DNA of 64,000 nucleotides, from the IMG/VR virus record IMGVR_UViG_3300020056_000025, positions 4,131 to 68,130 of that record, one strand, 5' to 3'. The position numbers were made by a program, and so were the translations under genes. Below, piece by piece: positions 48,301 through 55,329 of this stretch (the stretch's first letter is position 1; every line of letters begins with the position of its first letter). The stretch comes from a virus. The notes beneath the pieces were generated by a model that did no database searches, was not told the origin of the DNA, and saw only the letters and a program-made list of their open reading frames with translations.

Positions 48301-48574
48301 TGTAAAAAATACAGAAAGAATCAATTTATACTCTGAAGGTAAACCATTTTCTTCGTCTGGCGCGCTCAACCTTACCAGCAAAGCTCCAGACGTGGGAATT
48401 GTGTATAATAATGTAGGACTTTACAGCATATCCAATTTAGATAGTTCTGGAATTTTGCAATTATATGCTAGTGGAATTAATATGAATAATATACATGAAG
48501 ATATAAATTTTGTATGTAGTGGTATTGTTTTTATGGACCCTCAGTCTATAGCCCTTTATGGATATTCAATATAA
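36341..48574 (+). CDS. Giant (4077 aa) virion adhesin-like protein with LamG-like domain and FG-GAP repeats
   Basis: Single uninterrupted ORF. LamG-like segment (GYLDFG...GFSVYTRF...IFGKW...LVTY...LRLY...FIHEIGI), seven FG-GAP-like repeats and two arrays of L.LY..G repeats. Confidence 0.7.
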   Translation: MSSRCSNNDSLKVRIKSETKLRNHIIKKVKLKAKPTVTSKFKSFASLQIIGYARGGGSSGSFSSNNFGSSNFGAESLSSGPILPKIMRGVFDISFDYVKEFIPKPPRSLPSQLIDITSVEIKKGGWDAIPDSVYEPASSNNHTYTYINSPQFNHRPIARFKTSFNFKSSLGIPLINLNSKFKSSSNFSSKFFEKIKGHVAKLNTFDFSNPYLQRLYPELDEPVTSDVTFVDKIQNSSGIYSSINEGVFTGSVMQNQGTGYLMSDDSNTYITPSSISTDNVSSYRCVVTTPNITPTESLLFIRATTPLFTNETDRPPSYDIYNILFLDPSGNKIAKYKDVTVGGESDYYKSSISNIDKDWFTIVTEPSEFYAGTGVSRIDYPILGEPSGYTLSFDVKSNCKFEPFDDGFNEGFEEGCDISRLGLDLSSHYFPANSVNNHLGISSTPLSTRTQGYRLNPNNSIRFSALEIVNAGLSSGIIHDTVLNLHITPQPTGQRLERILSPTKVLTTSYTNNIYPTGIVNTWVSSADADGLRFDNTSDEHAGVLVDRLVNRFVDGWITLEDINPIASSGKLQLVYKHSKPKSIKQPTGGAFLFGQKYGGSDFGTAKIEIVPADDSFYVIEEIKLRISAKKASGTDDYPIDVVGYSDDGVLAITSQVGGFLQNEQIGSGAVPLHSGFLPTDDLGISTNSISDKYAYFQEKIIKHAAGDHYMVSTSPVVNSTSFETYDIPLKIYNDSVELGRSKDYSMSSYFEQLYLDIYPIPSGASIQRADLIIKYKPAGALPLSTAGYLSREFYSREGRLYPDAKRGTDVITNSNSEPLSLIENIPHGYTHIEDTLKTNYSRRWRGNTGNVDSSAFDPVSFDFSFERSVLDQPFLLGYFDFNKTVGSYVIDSNNYGSTSGVFNSDLQSSLIRNIGLRFNSDSLFNANVRNYKTIDWCGSGHELEGKILDAYDNALRVSGVNGYLDFGNTPTSSGFSVYTRFSPDSSISGVGYNGWNDGVIFGKWDSGQNLEYALGYENEYLCVYARSEDSSVVKVVDSIPYTSYQYPLSTLVTYNQNHDNKLRLYAYNEISSGIPVLRGESSSFIMHSGNSSLSFGYSSGSGVGINAFIHEIGISHVNASGSTNLVEGVGNRSIQEESVADFFASQAIDFWRGSDNLWNYVDEKTDDWKLGSFKYCSFSPDFNVMSLRIGKDFIYHNFYNHGQTYDNLTDLSLPDSTKASGLAYHTQIENDMLRVQLSGREDRFHAVAPRISKNFPRSYLFAEDSLLVNTIMQHSCDQDIVWPDGRRGVKIIVSLYTPSRESEYTPTKNYGLVSRDVHYVTPEDCWLKLRSKFTLENYNDTSSEPWSYFDKTISKKEFTENYFSRDVDEMFVQYDLAYPSGTYEESKIIIHSLDISLDNILLNKDNENERLNVYTSGEPYRDSSLNLSWAEGSVRGVIAAQGFGSSNYGVVLGDSITLNDLSLGFYTSGNIYSNIYTSGINLYASGYTYDSDILNCYSVGSETHSGLLNISSLGGYANENNLNKPFCLYSDAFYANADHLSESLNVYNLGVNTKGEFASNINETMHSFILGGLGATSFPISISETFNISIATPQFASINFQDSINLYTVVRKVEDTIFDSVNMYTHHEARIVKEENELESFLWNGKNFGFEIYVDDNQYASIPANDEIRGVNTMCYGDCDSLAGIPCTETDIVTHDTLWYSPECVDGGVIRPYRVYSNPDVNAFGTNQPYDKQYYGIRKFTSLIPNAPYTIKITGQSGGGEVLEVPREVSEWNYGKSETPSGVLSPEVNYSGLQILESLSNRDSNNNFGKSVKVVGDLLAVGVPHADSTVGVDDLLNSDTASRTVNSHGKIYVYRRNPAPSGHDWSNQDDQAQWSVEQEIVLPTGWRRDYFTNTVASFTDDTGEFLPFTGSVRSWFNSGEGRELGYSLDATKVGDKEIIVAGGPGCEWTRTFAPIAATPVSIGLIVFNNELQSNAKPWQNILEELKNRDLLYRYFSDPPVEFDIKIMILEPHLGSNISFQPSDEFATPKPDFVSKHVTTRHWERSTTSQEWIDADAVILQEMKNIFHETFPITPGALHSGIPPLLGIFIDDSASLGTDVVGYYTNGFKGAVNKFIDYYNSYSYNNGLSDQYGNPSEGYTQVTVRQREADWVDQSIECLKDITDINKIIENNKTNLIANNLGTFNVNAQEFNNPPPSGGAVYIFEKENQDSLFELKQEIRSPATYTDNASDRFGHDVAISKNGNIIVIGSPYSENAVQIFEKNNSHEKELQTKIHQRIPAFLNAEYNKEVQNQTFGESFNLYEDYLEQKDIVNDFALTESLFNRMSESLKLSFYKSYDISPYKKIKDLTYSDIHKDMGGVWSEFYSKYIPTSRIGYSVDTNDDGTLVAIGCPTDSLGERDNTITWFRHDGGQTQDWQWQNYVNAGCVRVLESRKYYPHTNKVVEFYKYGNLHEDLATEEHKYLYHDNIKQMFESKHLDYSRTSFSEDVDIPEDAGMAFIITPSIDASSDEVVQNIKNWLAKGDRHLVLVGDDPRYEKNGAFQKSTAIINELLEKLDINMRIYPARNEREALLTDTNIELNVQQSFKPAKSSSILGYAGSKLKSYGVGDIRHYNKDKLDLYNCTLPFGTKLTSNGELTENYNDPFVILEKIDAVSDGSEPPRKKIYREMHDKCHLPIKHEGDLRAEYQDQCAFINLGGSPVWLNYKRNLPFAYGDHITADWGCVGPGDVILSKEENLRDSHAPVPMLAAYENVNLKFDVPEIPASQFLQRYISSYKDGYQHKFGRVPYSGVSFSWTANESNYTSIENNINQITSESLFFDPPQTASSDGFIDSIMQAKATTPLREVEQDINAGYFNVVNEEPYLPHEVDNSHVVLMATTFTERKDILLSSQNDANLVFYKNLLTYRNSINSQGFYCKVAQLGSFTNRSSYTDGYFKSDIAFQMYGLGVDMRDLNVDIDDISLEHLEYNVVWIANTDQMPSDEDISKLKDFLSLGNKKVVITYGQEPNKPEESLELTPYMIRAANVARNICEKLGVTMRPNFLVGKNRYAFKEDYNSNAVGKYSELYIVSEYAQEGIPRLEGDYAKFTTNAPPFTRYGLGTTLDHNIIPIQKNNSSILLRLEETVSDIQTVSLGKPKLNTGITKVTFDVPDHSEELSHDLGRQAEDDLYLFRMYFDVISLTEQENQNIKVYIENAQSSINSDQEGQALPISNAKGTLVQIQDGDDLGNIYNSNISAGANITLQKSSSLKTYTLDFQAASGTQINLYFTGYKYWPERDLVPNPEQVRTTRLVAVSGVRVPVETTVSPTYPVYDVRVVETPATPGYSYYQDVDRQISTNSSKYCAENNSEICSAEPPIGYGSEGSDLDIADGPVVVAQQFYDQAGFYSGHNRSRVTVISDASLIQGPNILTQEGNTVTDLASFLASLYPTTNEFFQDEYYGVQQSTFYPNAYKLISPERSSPSRLVNAFPQNSGLNARFGSYPSSGFPVSSYADDEGKKNINIPLGQDQAAIPFDLMIGLLAADDPGTFRQLPEPPRLPPSYWFSVFPYTYLGYTQQEYEQKWYTDEFLQYQAYWSSTSKIQDVYQGQTYVDAGLSERIPPIMRATGFDHLDLDVFNSGYPGDLFGYKVCIHNDKIYAGSPFTPYSSETILSWDEILDSGYMHGVEIGYNGGAGAVYQIEKVGNVGSGVGSIQGSSKETSGLPWQTVKKIRPQEIGVGFSNLTANEASGIFGNHLYTDEFLQNNAFVSDMFGYNITLDADLMAISAPGHNFEVLFQENSGQFVNKEFNEQFNITTRNQYDLAIQSNRNNYPNSGETIINNGAVFTYENKINDWGSKSKDWTPIQKLTPEQVTFSSGNAYFGQAISMFRSNRSDADYILAIGSKNYTTDTMQKAGSVYTNDAMLRKLRPAFSHPDTYLAGKVFGNYKDKSEYIEFNFKNGNIPDDKHSFEGRVFANEQGEIFIEASGQDMVDRGYVNHRPFIKQIRGAYEFGVKNTERINLYSEGKPFSSSGALNLTSKAPDVGIVYNNVGLYSISNLDSSGILQLYASGINMNNIHEDINFVCSGIVFMDPQSIALYGYSI
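48400..48409 (+). promoter_or_regulatory. Putative late promoter motif copy (TGTGTATAAT) inside the giant gene
   Basis: Perfect copy of the motif, 174 nt upstream of ATG 48574. Confidence 0.5.
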
Positions 48575-50325
48575 TGGCTACAAAAAATAATATATTAAGA
48601 CTTTATGTGAATAATGAATACAAAGAAGGGTTACTTGAACCTGCTCCATTCATAGGTATTTCTAGTACTTCTCAGAGAAATGAAGCTGCTTATCTACATA
48701 CGGAATATACGATCAACCTAGAGGGGTATGCACTACCATCGGGGGCCTGCGCGATAGAGGAAAAAACGGACGGATGTGGCAATCATGTTACACTTAGCAG
48801 AGCTGATCAGACTTTTGATAGAGTTGCTGAGCTTCAGGCGGTGTTTTACAACCATGTAAATGGAGCCTTGAGACTTGATATTTGCGATCCGGGAGGGAGA
48901 ATTAAATCAAGTTTTAGCAATTTAATCGTAGAGAGTACTGACTTTGAACCCGGAACTTGGCATAATTATGCTAAATATAAGATTGTCATGAAGTCTTACT
49001 CGGGATACAAATGTGATGATGCCGACAATCCACATTTAAGCTCTTACCTGAAACGCGTTTCAGGTAAAAAGAACCTCGAAACCGCAAGCCCCGGTGATTC
49101 TGGTGTTCTTACAGATTATCAAGAATCTTTTTCCATAGAGCCAGTGTTTGGAGAGTTTGGATACGGTACGAATAATCAAGAAAATGCTGAAGCTAGCGGC
49201 CCACAGATTGGTTCGGTTTACTATAAGGGTAGTTATAGTACCACCATAAGCGCTAAGAGCATTAGCAAGGCTAATTACAAAAAGTTGCCACCAACAGATA
49301 CTGACAAGCTGGGCTGGCAAATTGCTAGGGGTCTTTTCGAGATGTATAGGGGTGATGTAAACCACCCTCCAGCAGCTATGGAGTATTATCTTAACGATGG
49401 AATTTTTGAATACGGGCTATCGACTAAAGAGCGAAGCAGTGAGAAGCTGAAAACATACAACATAGTGCGTTCACAATCTATGGATGCTCATACTGGAAGT
49501 TATACGGTTACTGATAATTTTATTATAGCGCCTCACGACGCACAAACAGTAGAAACTTTTAGTTGTTCATACGAGTCTGATGGCGAAAGTCCTAATATTA
49601 GTGTTACTGTTCAAGGCAATATCAAAGGTCTTTCACTATTAGACGTGACCAATCAAGTAAGATTGTATACAGATTTTCTCGACGGTACCCCCATTGAAGA
49701 AGATTCTGCGAAACCTTCTGGTATGATTGACAGGGCTATGGGTGCATTTCACGCTCTTTCAAACAACAAAACATATGGACAAAATTGTGTATTTTTTCAA
49801 CGCGCACAAGCTAATTCTGGCTATTTTTTAAATAGCGCTCCCCGCTCAATATCTTATACAACTAACGATGTGGCAGGAGAGGTAAACTATTCTCTTGTTT
49901 TCGACAATAAACCTGATAAATTTTTTACCGGAGTAATTGTAGAAAACATCAATGTGGAAGACACTCTTCCCGGAGATTCTTATACAACGATACCAATTCT
50001 CGGAAGACCCACTGGGCCAATACTACAATATCTATATGGAAGAACAGAATACAAAAGAACTCTGTCTATAGAATTAGTTTTTGACAACTCTGTGGTAAGT
50101 ACAGCGCTTACATTTCCAAATTCGAACAGGACGAATATGCTTGCGAGTAAACCAAGCATAAGAAAAGGCTTTAAAGAACAATTAGCTTCTTGTATTTCAA
50201 GTTATAGTCCAGCCAATGAAGATGGTATTCAAAATTGGTTTCAAGATCCTGCTGTAGAAACGTGGAATCAATCTGACTGTCGTTACACATGTACTATAAC
50301 TTGGATTTACGAATTAAATAAGTAG
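48574..50325 (+). CDS. Putative distal tail/tail-tip protein
   Basis: 583 aa, TAATG-coupled and beta-rich with tube-like segments (YTINLEG, VTVQGNIKG, RYTCTITWIY); lies downstream of the tape measure. Confidence 0.5.
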   Translation: MATKNNILRLYVNNEYKEGLLEPAPFIGISSTSQRNEAAYLHTEYTINLEGYALPSGACAIEEKTDGCGNHVTLSRADQTFDRVAELQAVFYNHVNGALRLDICDPGGRIKSSFSNLIVESTDFEPGTWHNYAKYKIVMKSYSGYKCDDADNPHLSSYLKRVSGKKNLETASPGDSGVLTDYQESFSIEPVFGEFGYGTNNQENAEASGPQIGSVYYKGSYSTTISAKSISKANYKKLPPTDTDKLGWQIARGLFEMYRGDVNHPPAAMEYYLNDGIFEYGLSTKERSSEKLKTYNIVRSQSMDAHTGSYTVTDNFIIAPHDAQTVETFSCSYESDGESPNISVTVQGNIKGLSLLDVTNQVRLYTDFLDGTPIEEDSAKPSGMIDRAMGAFHALSNNKTYGQNCVFFQRAQANSGYFLNSAPRSISYTTNDVAGEVNYSLVFDNKPDKFFTGVIVENINVEDTLPGDSYTTIPILGRPTGPILQYLYGRTEYKRTLSIELVFDNSVVSTALTFPNSNRTNMLASKPSIRKGFKEQLASCISSYSPANEDGIQNWFQDPAVETWNQSDCRYTCTITWIYELNK

Positions 50326-50333
50326 AAAATTTT

Positions 50334-51023
50334 ATGTTACATCCAGATAGCAGCTATTATACATACAGTTATATTAAAAACCATAATTTGTATAATTTTC
50401 GGTACGACCCTTTTTTAGATTTAAGCGTTTATGATAACAAAGCTCTTGCTGACAAGCAGAAGCAGCTGAGGTCCAATAATCATTTTGGTAGATTAAAATT
50501 CGTAGGTTGGCCTACTTGGTGGTTGACACCTAAAGGAACGGGAAAGGCTGGTGGTATTAATTGGCAGATTGCTGAACAAGAGGCAAGCGATGGTACGAAC
50601 GTTTATTGGACTAATGGTGGCTATTCTGCTACTGTTAAACACCCCTTAACGGCTGAATGGAATGAGAAAGGAAAGTATCATGATTACCCAAATGCTATAA
50701 CTCCAGTTGAAGACTATAAAGTTTCAAGCAGTCACGATAATAAAAATCCATTATCAAACGCTAGAGATTTTGGGACATATGGATTTGGGGGTTTAATTTT
50801 TTCTGATTTTCGTCACTATTCTGATCCTATTCCGTTAAATTTTGCAGGAACACCCTACACAGTTACCGATGACGAACCAATTCAAAGAATATCTTTTGGT
50901 GGGAAATATAAATCTCTTCAAAAAATATCGATATGGAGTCCTTATTCAGAAGCTACTTGGGTTGACTTCACTAACGGCACAGAATACAAAACTTCACTTG
51001 AAAAATCATCTGTTTGGGGGTAA
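50334..51023 (+). CDS. Hypothetical tail-region protein
   Basis: 229-aa aromatic-rich ORF tightly packed in the operon. Confidence 0.6.
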   Translation: MLHPDSSYYTYSYIKNHNLYNFRYDPFLDLSVYDNKALADKQKQLRSNNHFGRLKFVGWPTWWLTPKGTGKAGGINWQIAEQEASDGTNVYWTNGGYSATVKHPLTAEWNEKGKYHDYPNAITPVEDYKVSSSHDNKNPLSNARDFGTYGFGGLIFSDFRHYSDPIPLNFAGTPYTVTDDEPIQRISFGGKYKSLQKISIWSPYSEATWVDFTNGTEYKTSLEKSSVWG

Positions 51024-51029
51024 TTTGAA

Positions 51030-54000
51030 ATGGGATTTAATTCAATAGCGGATATAGGGGTTGGCACAAACGTAGGAGGTGCTGAACAACAATCTTTTTT
51101 GGGCGCTACCATACAGGGTTTTTCGGTTAGCGCTGGTTTTGGTGACTCTCCCTCGCAATTAACTGTAAATCTTGTTACAGATGGAAGTTTTAAGTCTGAT
51201 GAGAATGGACTAAACGCAGGAGTTGATGTCTATCACAATGGTAAAGGAGATAGATTTAGACCACCTCCCGTGGGAACTCCTGTTTTTTTTAGTTTTGGTA
51301 AAATAAGAGCCAAGGTATCGGAAGCTTTTGTAAGAACCATTGATGACTATTATGGAACTGATCGTGCTTCTAGTTACAGTGGAGGTCCAACCGAATGGAA
51401 AACTGCACCAAAAGAAGATGTTGGAAAATACAAATCAGGAAACAAAGGGTATTATCACTTTGCTTTTGGTGGAATTTTACAGTCTTATCATCAATCAGCG
51501 ACTAGCACAGATGGCTTGCGATACACCGTTAATGTTGTTGATCCTAGAGAAATTTTATCAAATTATATGCTTATACTTAATAATTATACAGGAACTACTT
51601 TTGGAAATTCTAACATGATGAATATTTATGGCTATCTAGAGCATAACGCTTCAAACATAAATATTCGAAAGATAAATGACCCCGAATCAGGACATTTAAG
51701 AAATAGTAAAAGTATATTAGATGAAGACGGGGTGGGCATGGACGTTTTTTTAAAAAATGAAGCCCCACACAGCGTCGAGAATTTTGAAATATACAACAAA
51801 CGCCTTAGTGATTTTGCTGGAGGGTGGCCCATGACTGGAACGGGAATGTCTAGAAGAAATTCATCTGGCATACCTTATTATAGAGTTGTTCAAGCGTTTA
51901 ACTTTTTAAATTCAGCGAACTACTCAGGGTCTTTAGTTGATGAGTATAGTAAGTATGGAGGTTCAGTTTATTTCAGGGGATTAAAATACGCTTTGGACTT
52001 ATCAGCATTACCAACACTGCCAAAAACTTATATGATAGATTATGATAATCTAAGCCTTTTAGATTTATGTCAAGAGATTTGTGATGCAGCAAATTATGAA
52101 TTATTTTTTACCTTACTACCAATAGTTGATGGTACGGCCACCGAAAACTATTCCAAAATAAACGTTGGCGTTATTAAAGCTATTGTAGTAAATAAAAACA
52201 TTCAATCAGAACCCGGAAAGATTAAAAGCTACCTAGACGACTTACAACTGCAAGATCAATCAGATGGTACAAAACTTGAAACAACGAATGTGGAAATTGG
52301 ATATGAATTAACAAATGAGCCTACGGATAAGTTTGTTACTGGAGGTAAAGAAAATACCGTTTACTATTTTCCAACAGAACACACTGGAGAAGTACACGGA
52401 ATGCATAACTATAGATGCAAGTCACATTCTATTATTCCGTACTATGGACTTCTTGGCCCTAATACACCGACCATACCAAGGGGTTATGGGTCTTATTCTC
52501 AAATCATTTTAGATGCAGGCAGTTTGAACGCTTATGGTGTTGGAAGGTATTATGTAACAACTGAAATAGAGCTGAGGGCAGCTTCTGTTTCGTTTGAAAA
52601 ATGGTCTGAATTTTTGCTAATGTATAACTCAGTTTTTATGGAGTCTATTGAAAATAGTGACATATCAGATTTGTTTTATGCTTACAACACGCCCGCTGGC
52701 GGCAATCAAAGGGATATTAATCTAAGCTCCAATTACAATGTAACTGTACCTAGATGTGTCTGGCCTCCTCACACTAAGGAGGATGGCTTTACGGATGAAG
52801 ATGAGCCAATAAACCCTTGTAGCCCTCCATATGGCTGGCCTTTATACTGGCATAGAGCTTTAAACATAGGCTTACCACAAGCAGGCGCTGTCGGCGTCTC
52901 AGCTATGGCTGCTCAGGTTATGGAGCAGGGAGAAAATATCATAAACGAAGAGATTAAAAATGGTGATACTTCTTCGACAGGAACTGGAGAGCCAGATACT
53001 AGTAAAGGTGTAGACTCTGAGTATGTAAAATCGCGCACAGCTCTAGATAGGGCAATTATTAATAATGCCAATGCTGCTTTAGCCACGTCTTTAGCTAAAA
53101 AACTTGGTAAAAAAGGTTTATCCAATGCTAAACTTATTTATAACTTCTTAAAGAAAATTGCAGATGAGTGTCTTGGTAAAAAATATTTAGTTCAAATACC
53201 ACAAAGAGCTAATAGATATTGGTCTAACAATTCTTTGACCGCAAATGCTGGCAACAAATATAATGGTCGAGGACCGTTTGGGTTTCCTCCAGTTAAGGGT
53301 GGTTACATAGGGGGTTATACTTCTCCGGGTGTGTCGAGGTCTGGAAAGATTTTTGAATATCTTGAAGATTTGTATACAACACCAACAGATAACACAGAAG
53401 GAGCTATGGCGGTTAACATTAATCAAGCAACAGGGCAAGATTTTTATAACTATCTCCCTTCTCCTGCTGGCGGTTTCTATGGCTATTACGGAGCACCAAC
53501 TTTAACACAAAGACGTTCTTTTGTGCTGGAACCTTATGATAAATTATTTATATCAGGTTCAGATAATAGAACTAAATGTTATGTTAGATTTTCTAATGCT
53601 GAATACATATCGCTGTCTAATTTCCCAAAGGGTAGTTTTTCTTATCAATACCTAGATAGTGTCCATCATGGTTATGTCCCAGACCTTACTGATGGTATAA
53701 GCGTTGGCGCAGATGAAGATGTTGATTTTACGGACGAGGTTGAACTTAATGGTAAAAAGTTTATCCCCCAGTCTGCGGTGGCTTTCGTGAAGGCTGAATT
53801 AGATGATCAGTTTTATAAAGGTCCACCCCAGAGGACGAGGAGTACAATGTTAACAGGAAACTCATACGGTTATAATAATGTATCATTACCAACAAGAAAA
53901 ATTTTTGACCCAGAGACTTGTGAAGAAAAGGAGACTGTAACTGTAATTTCTAGAAAATATTATCCAAAAGCCATAAGCAATGGGAATCAGAGTATTTTTA

Positions 54001-55304
54001 CAATAAATTTAGATAGTTTATGGGATGGTGGTCAAGGAACTTTTGAGAATGGAGTGTTTGCTTTAATTACACTTCCAGAACGATGTGTACCTAAAAAAAA
54101 TTCATCTTTTAGAGATGGCATGAACATGCAAGTGAATGCTGCAAATATTCACCACTACTTACAAAAAGACGTTGTGCGAGGAATGCCGGGACTACTTAAT
54201 CAAACTGCTGGCGCTCCTGAATTGACTGCTATTTCTCAAATTCATGATCTTGATGACGATCCCGATGGTGAATATGGTTTAACATTTAGAAAGTCACACC
54301 AACAAGCTGTAAGGAAAGCCTATCAAGGCTTAACTTTTGATCTTACTAATAGAATTGGTATTATATCACCTTCTCCGATTATTCCTGACTTGGTTGCAAT
54401 ACCATTAGAATCTCAAGAAAGAAATTACGGACCTTGGACTTCCATATACGAAGCGTATGGTCAAATAGGAGGTAAAATAGATTATTTACACGACGAAAAT
54501 TTAACACCTTGGACATACGGTGGTTATACTTTAATGGATAGGGCTGGAAAGTTAAAAGCAGAGTTTGGAACAAGCGCAAAACTCATGTCTGAAAAGGGTT
54601 CTTTTTCATATCCTACTTGGCCTTCTGGGCTAACCCTTGGAGGCTCCCTTGTTTTTGGAGGCCCATTAATGAGTGATATTAACGTTAGCGTTGATGCAAA
54701 TGGTATTTCAACATCCGTAGTAATGCAAACTTATACTCAAAGTTTTGGTAAAATGCAAAAACAAAGGGCAGATCAATTATCAAAATTAAATAGGGCAAAC
54801 CAAAGAGTGAGAGATATTAACAATCATTTGGTGCGAAGAAATATGGCTAAGGGCCAAACGAATGCTAGTTTTTCATCTGCTGTTAACGGATTAAAGAGTT
54901 TAATTACATCTCAAGATTTTTCTGATAGAAATTATGGCGATATTGAAAAACGAGGATCTGATGGAGGAACAATATTAAACCTGAGCAGTAACTCTTACCC
55001 TACAAAACATGAAGACGATATGGCGGGTATTGCTTTACAAGCTGATCAAAGAAAAGGTGGTAGTCTACAATCTTCTGAAGCTCAAAACCATATGCATGGA
55101 ATTATTTCAGAAAATCCCGTTCAGGCAGCTTTTAATTATTCGAATACAGCTACTGAGAACGTTACCGATTTATTTACTCCGGTGTCCAATGGGCATCACC
55201 AAAGTATGACCTCGGCTCCACCTCAAAAACCAATGAATGCTGCCAACTATAACGATGAGTGGGGTGACTTAGATGTTTCAAACTATGAGCCTCCTAAAAA
55301 TTAA
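51030..55304 (+). CDS. Putative tail-tip hub/baseplate protein
   Basis: 1424 aa. N-terminal FLGATI.GFSVSAGFG...SQLTVNLV, FGGILQSY...YTVNVVDPREIL and SLLDLCQEICD, plus C-terminal SDINVSV..NGISTS, fit the hub/Tal architecture. Confidence 0.6.
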   Translation: MGFNSIADIGVGTNVGGAEQQSFLGATIQGFSVSAGFGDSPSQLTVNLVTDGSFKSDENGLNAGVDVYHNGKGDRFRPPPVGTPVFFSFGKIRAKVSEAFVRTIDDYYGTDRASSYSGGPTEWKTAPKEDVGKYKSGNKGYYHFAFGGILQSYHQSATSTDGLRYTVNVVDPREILSNYMLILNNYTGTTFGNSNMMNIYGYLEHNASNINIRKINDPESGHLRNSKSILDEDGVGMDVFLKNEAPHSVENFEIYNKRLSDFAGGWPMTGTGMSRRNSSGIPYYRVVQAFNFLNSANYSGSLVDEYSKYGGSVYFRGLKYALDLSALPTLPKTYMIDYDNLSLLDLCQEICDAANYELFFTLLPIVDGTATENYSKINVGVIKAIVVNKNIQSEPGKIKSYLDDLQLQDQSDGTKLETTNVEIGYELTNEPTDKFVTGGKENTVYYFPTEHTGEVHGMHNYRCKSHSIIPYYGLLGPNTPTIPRGYGSYSQIILDAGSLNAYGVGRYYVTTEIELRAASVSFEKWSEFLLMYNSVFMESIENSDISDLFYAYNTPAGGNQRDINLSSNYNVTVPRCVWPPHTKEDGFTDEDEPINPCSPPYGWPLYWHRALNIGLPQAGAVGVSAMAAQVMEQGENIINEEIKNGDTSSTGTGEPDTSKGVDSEYVKSRTALDRAIINNANAALATSLAKKLGKKGLSNAKLIYNFLKKIADECLGKKYLVQIPQRANRYWSNNSLTANAGNKYNGRGPFGFPPVKGGYIGGYTSPGVSRSGKIFEYLEDLYTTPTDNTEGAMAVNINQATGQDFYNYLPSPAGGFYGYYGAPTLTQRRSFVLEPYDKLFISGSDNRTKCYVRFSNAEYISLSNFPKGSFSYQYLDSVHHGYVPDLTDGISVGADEDVDFTDEVELNGKKFIPQSAVAFVKAELDDQFYKGPPQRTRSTMLTGNSYGYNNVSLPTRKIFDPETCEEKETVTVISRKYYPKAISNGNQSIFTINLDSLWDGGQGTFENGVFALITLPERCVPKKNSSFRDGMNMQVNAANIHHYLQKDVVRGMPGLLNQTAGAPELTAISQIHDLDDDPDGEYGLTFRKSHQQAVRKAYQGLTFDLTNRIGIISPSPIIPDLVAIPLESQERNYGPWTSIYEAYGQIGGKIDYLHDENLTPWTYGGYTLMDRAGKLKAEFGTSAKLMSEKGSFSYPTWPSGLTLGGSLVFGGPLMSDINVSVDANGISTSVVMQTYTQSFGKMQKQRADQLSKLNRANQRVRDINNHLVRRNMAKGQTNASFSSAVNGLKSLITSQDFSDRNYGDIEKRGSDGGTILNLSSNSYPTKHEDDMAGIALQADQRKGGSLQSSEAQNHMHGIISENPVQAAFNYSNTATENVTDLFTPVSNGHHQSMTSAPPQKPMNAANYNDEWGDLDVSNYEPPKN

Positions 55305-55329
55305 ATAATATTTTATAAGGAATAAAAAT

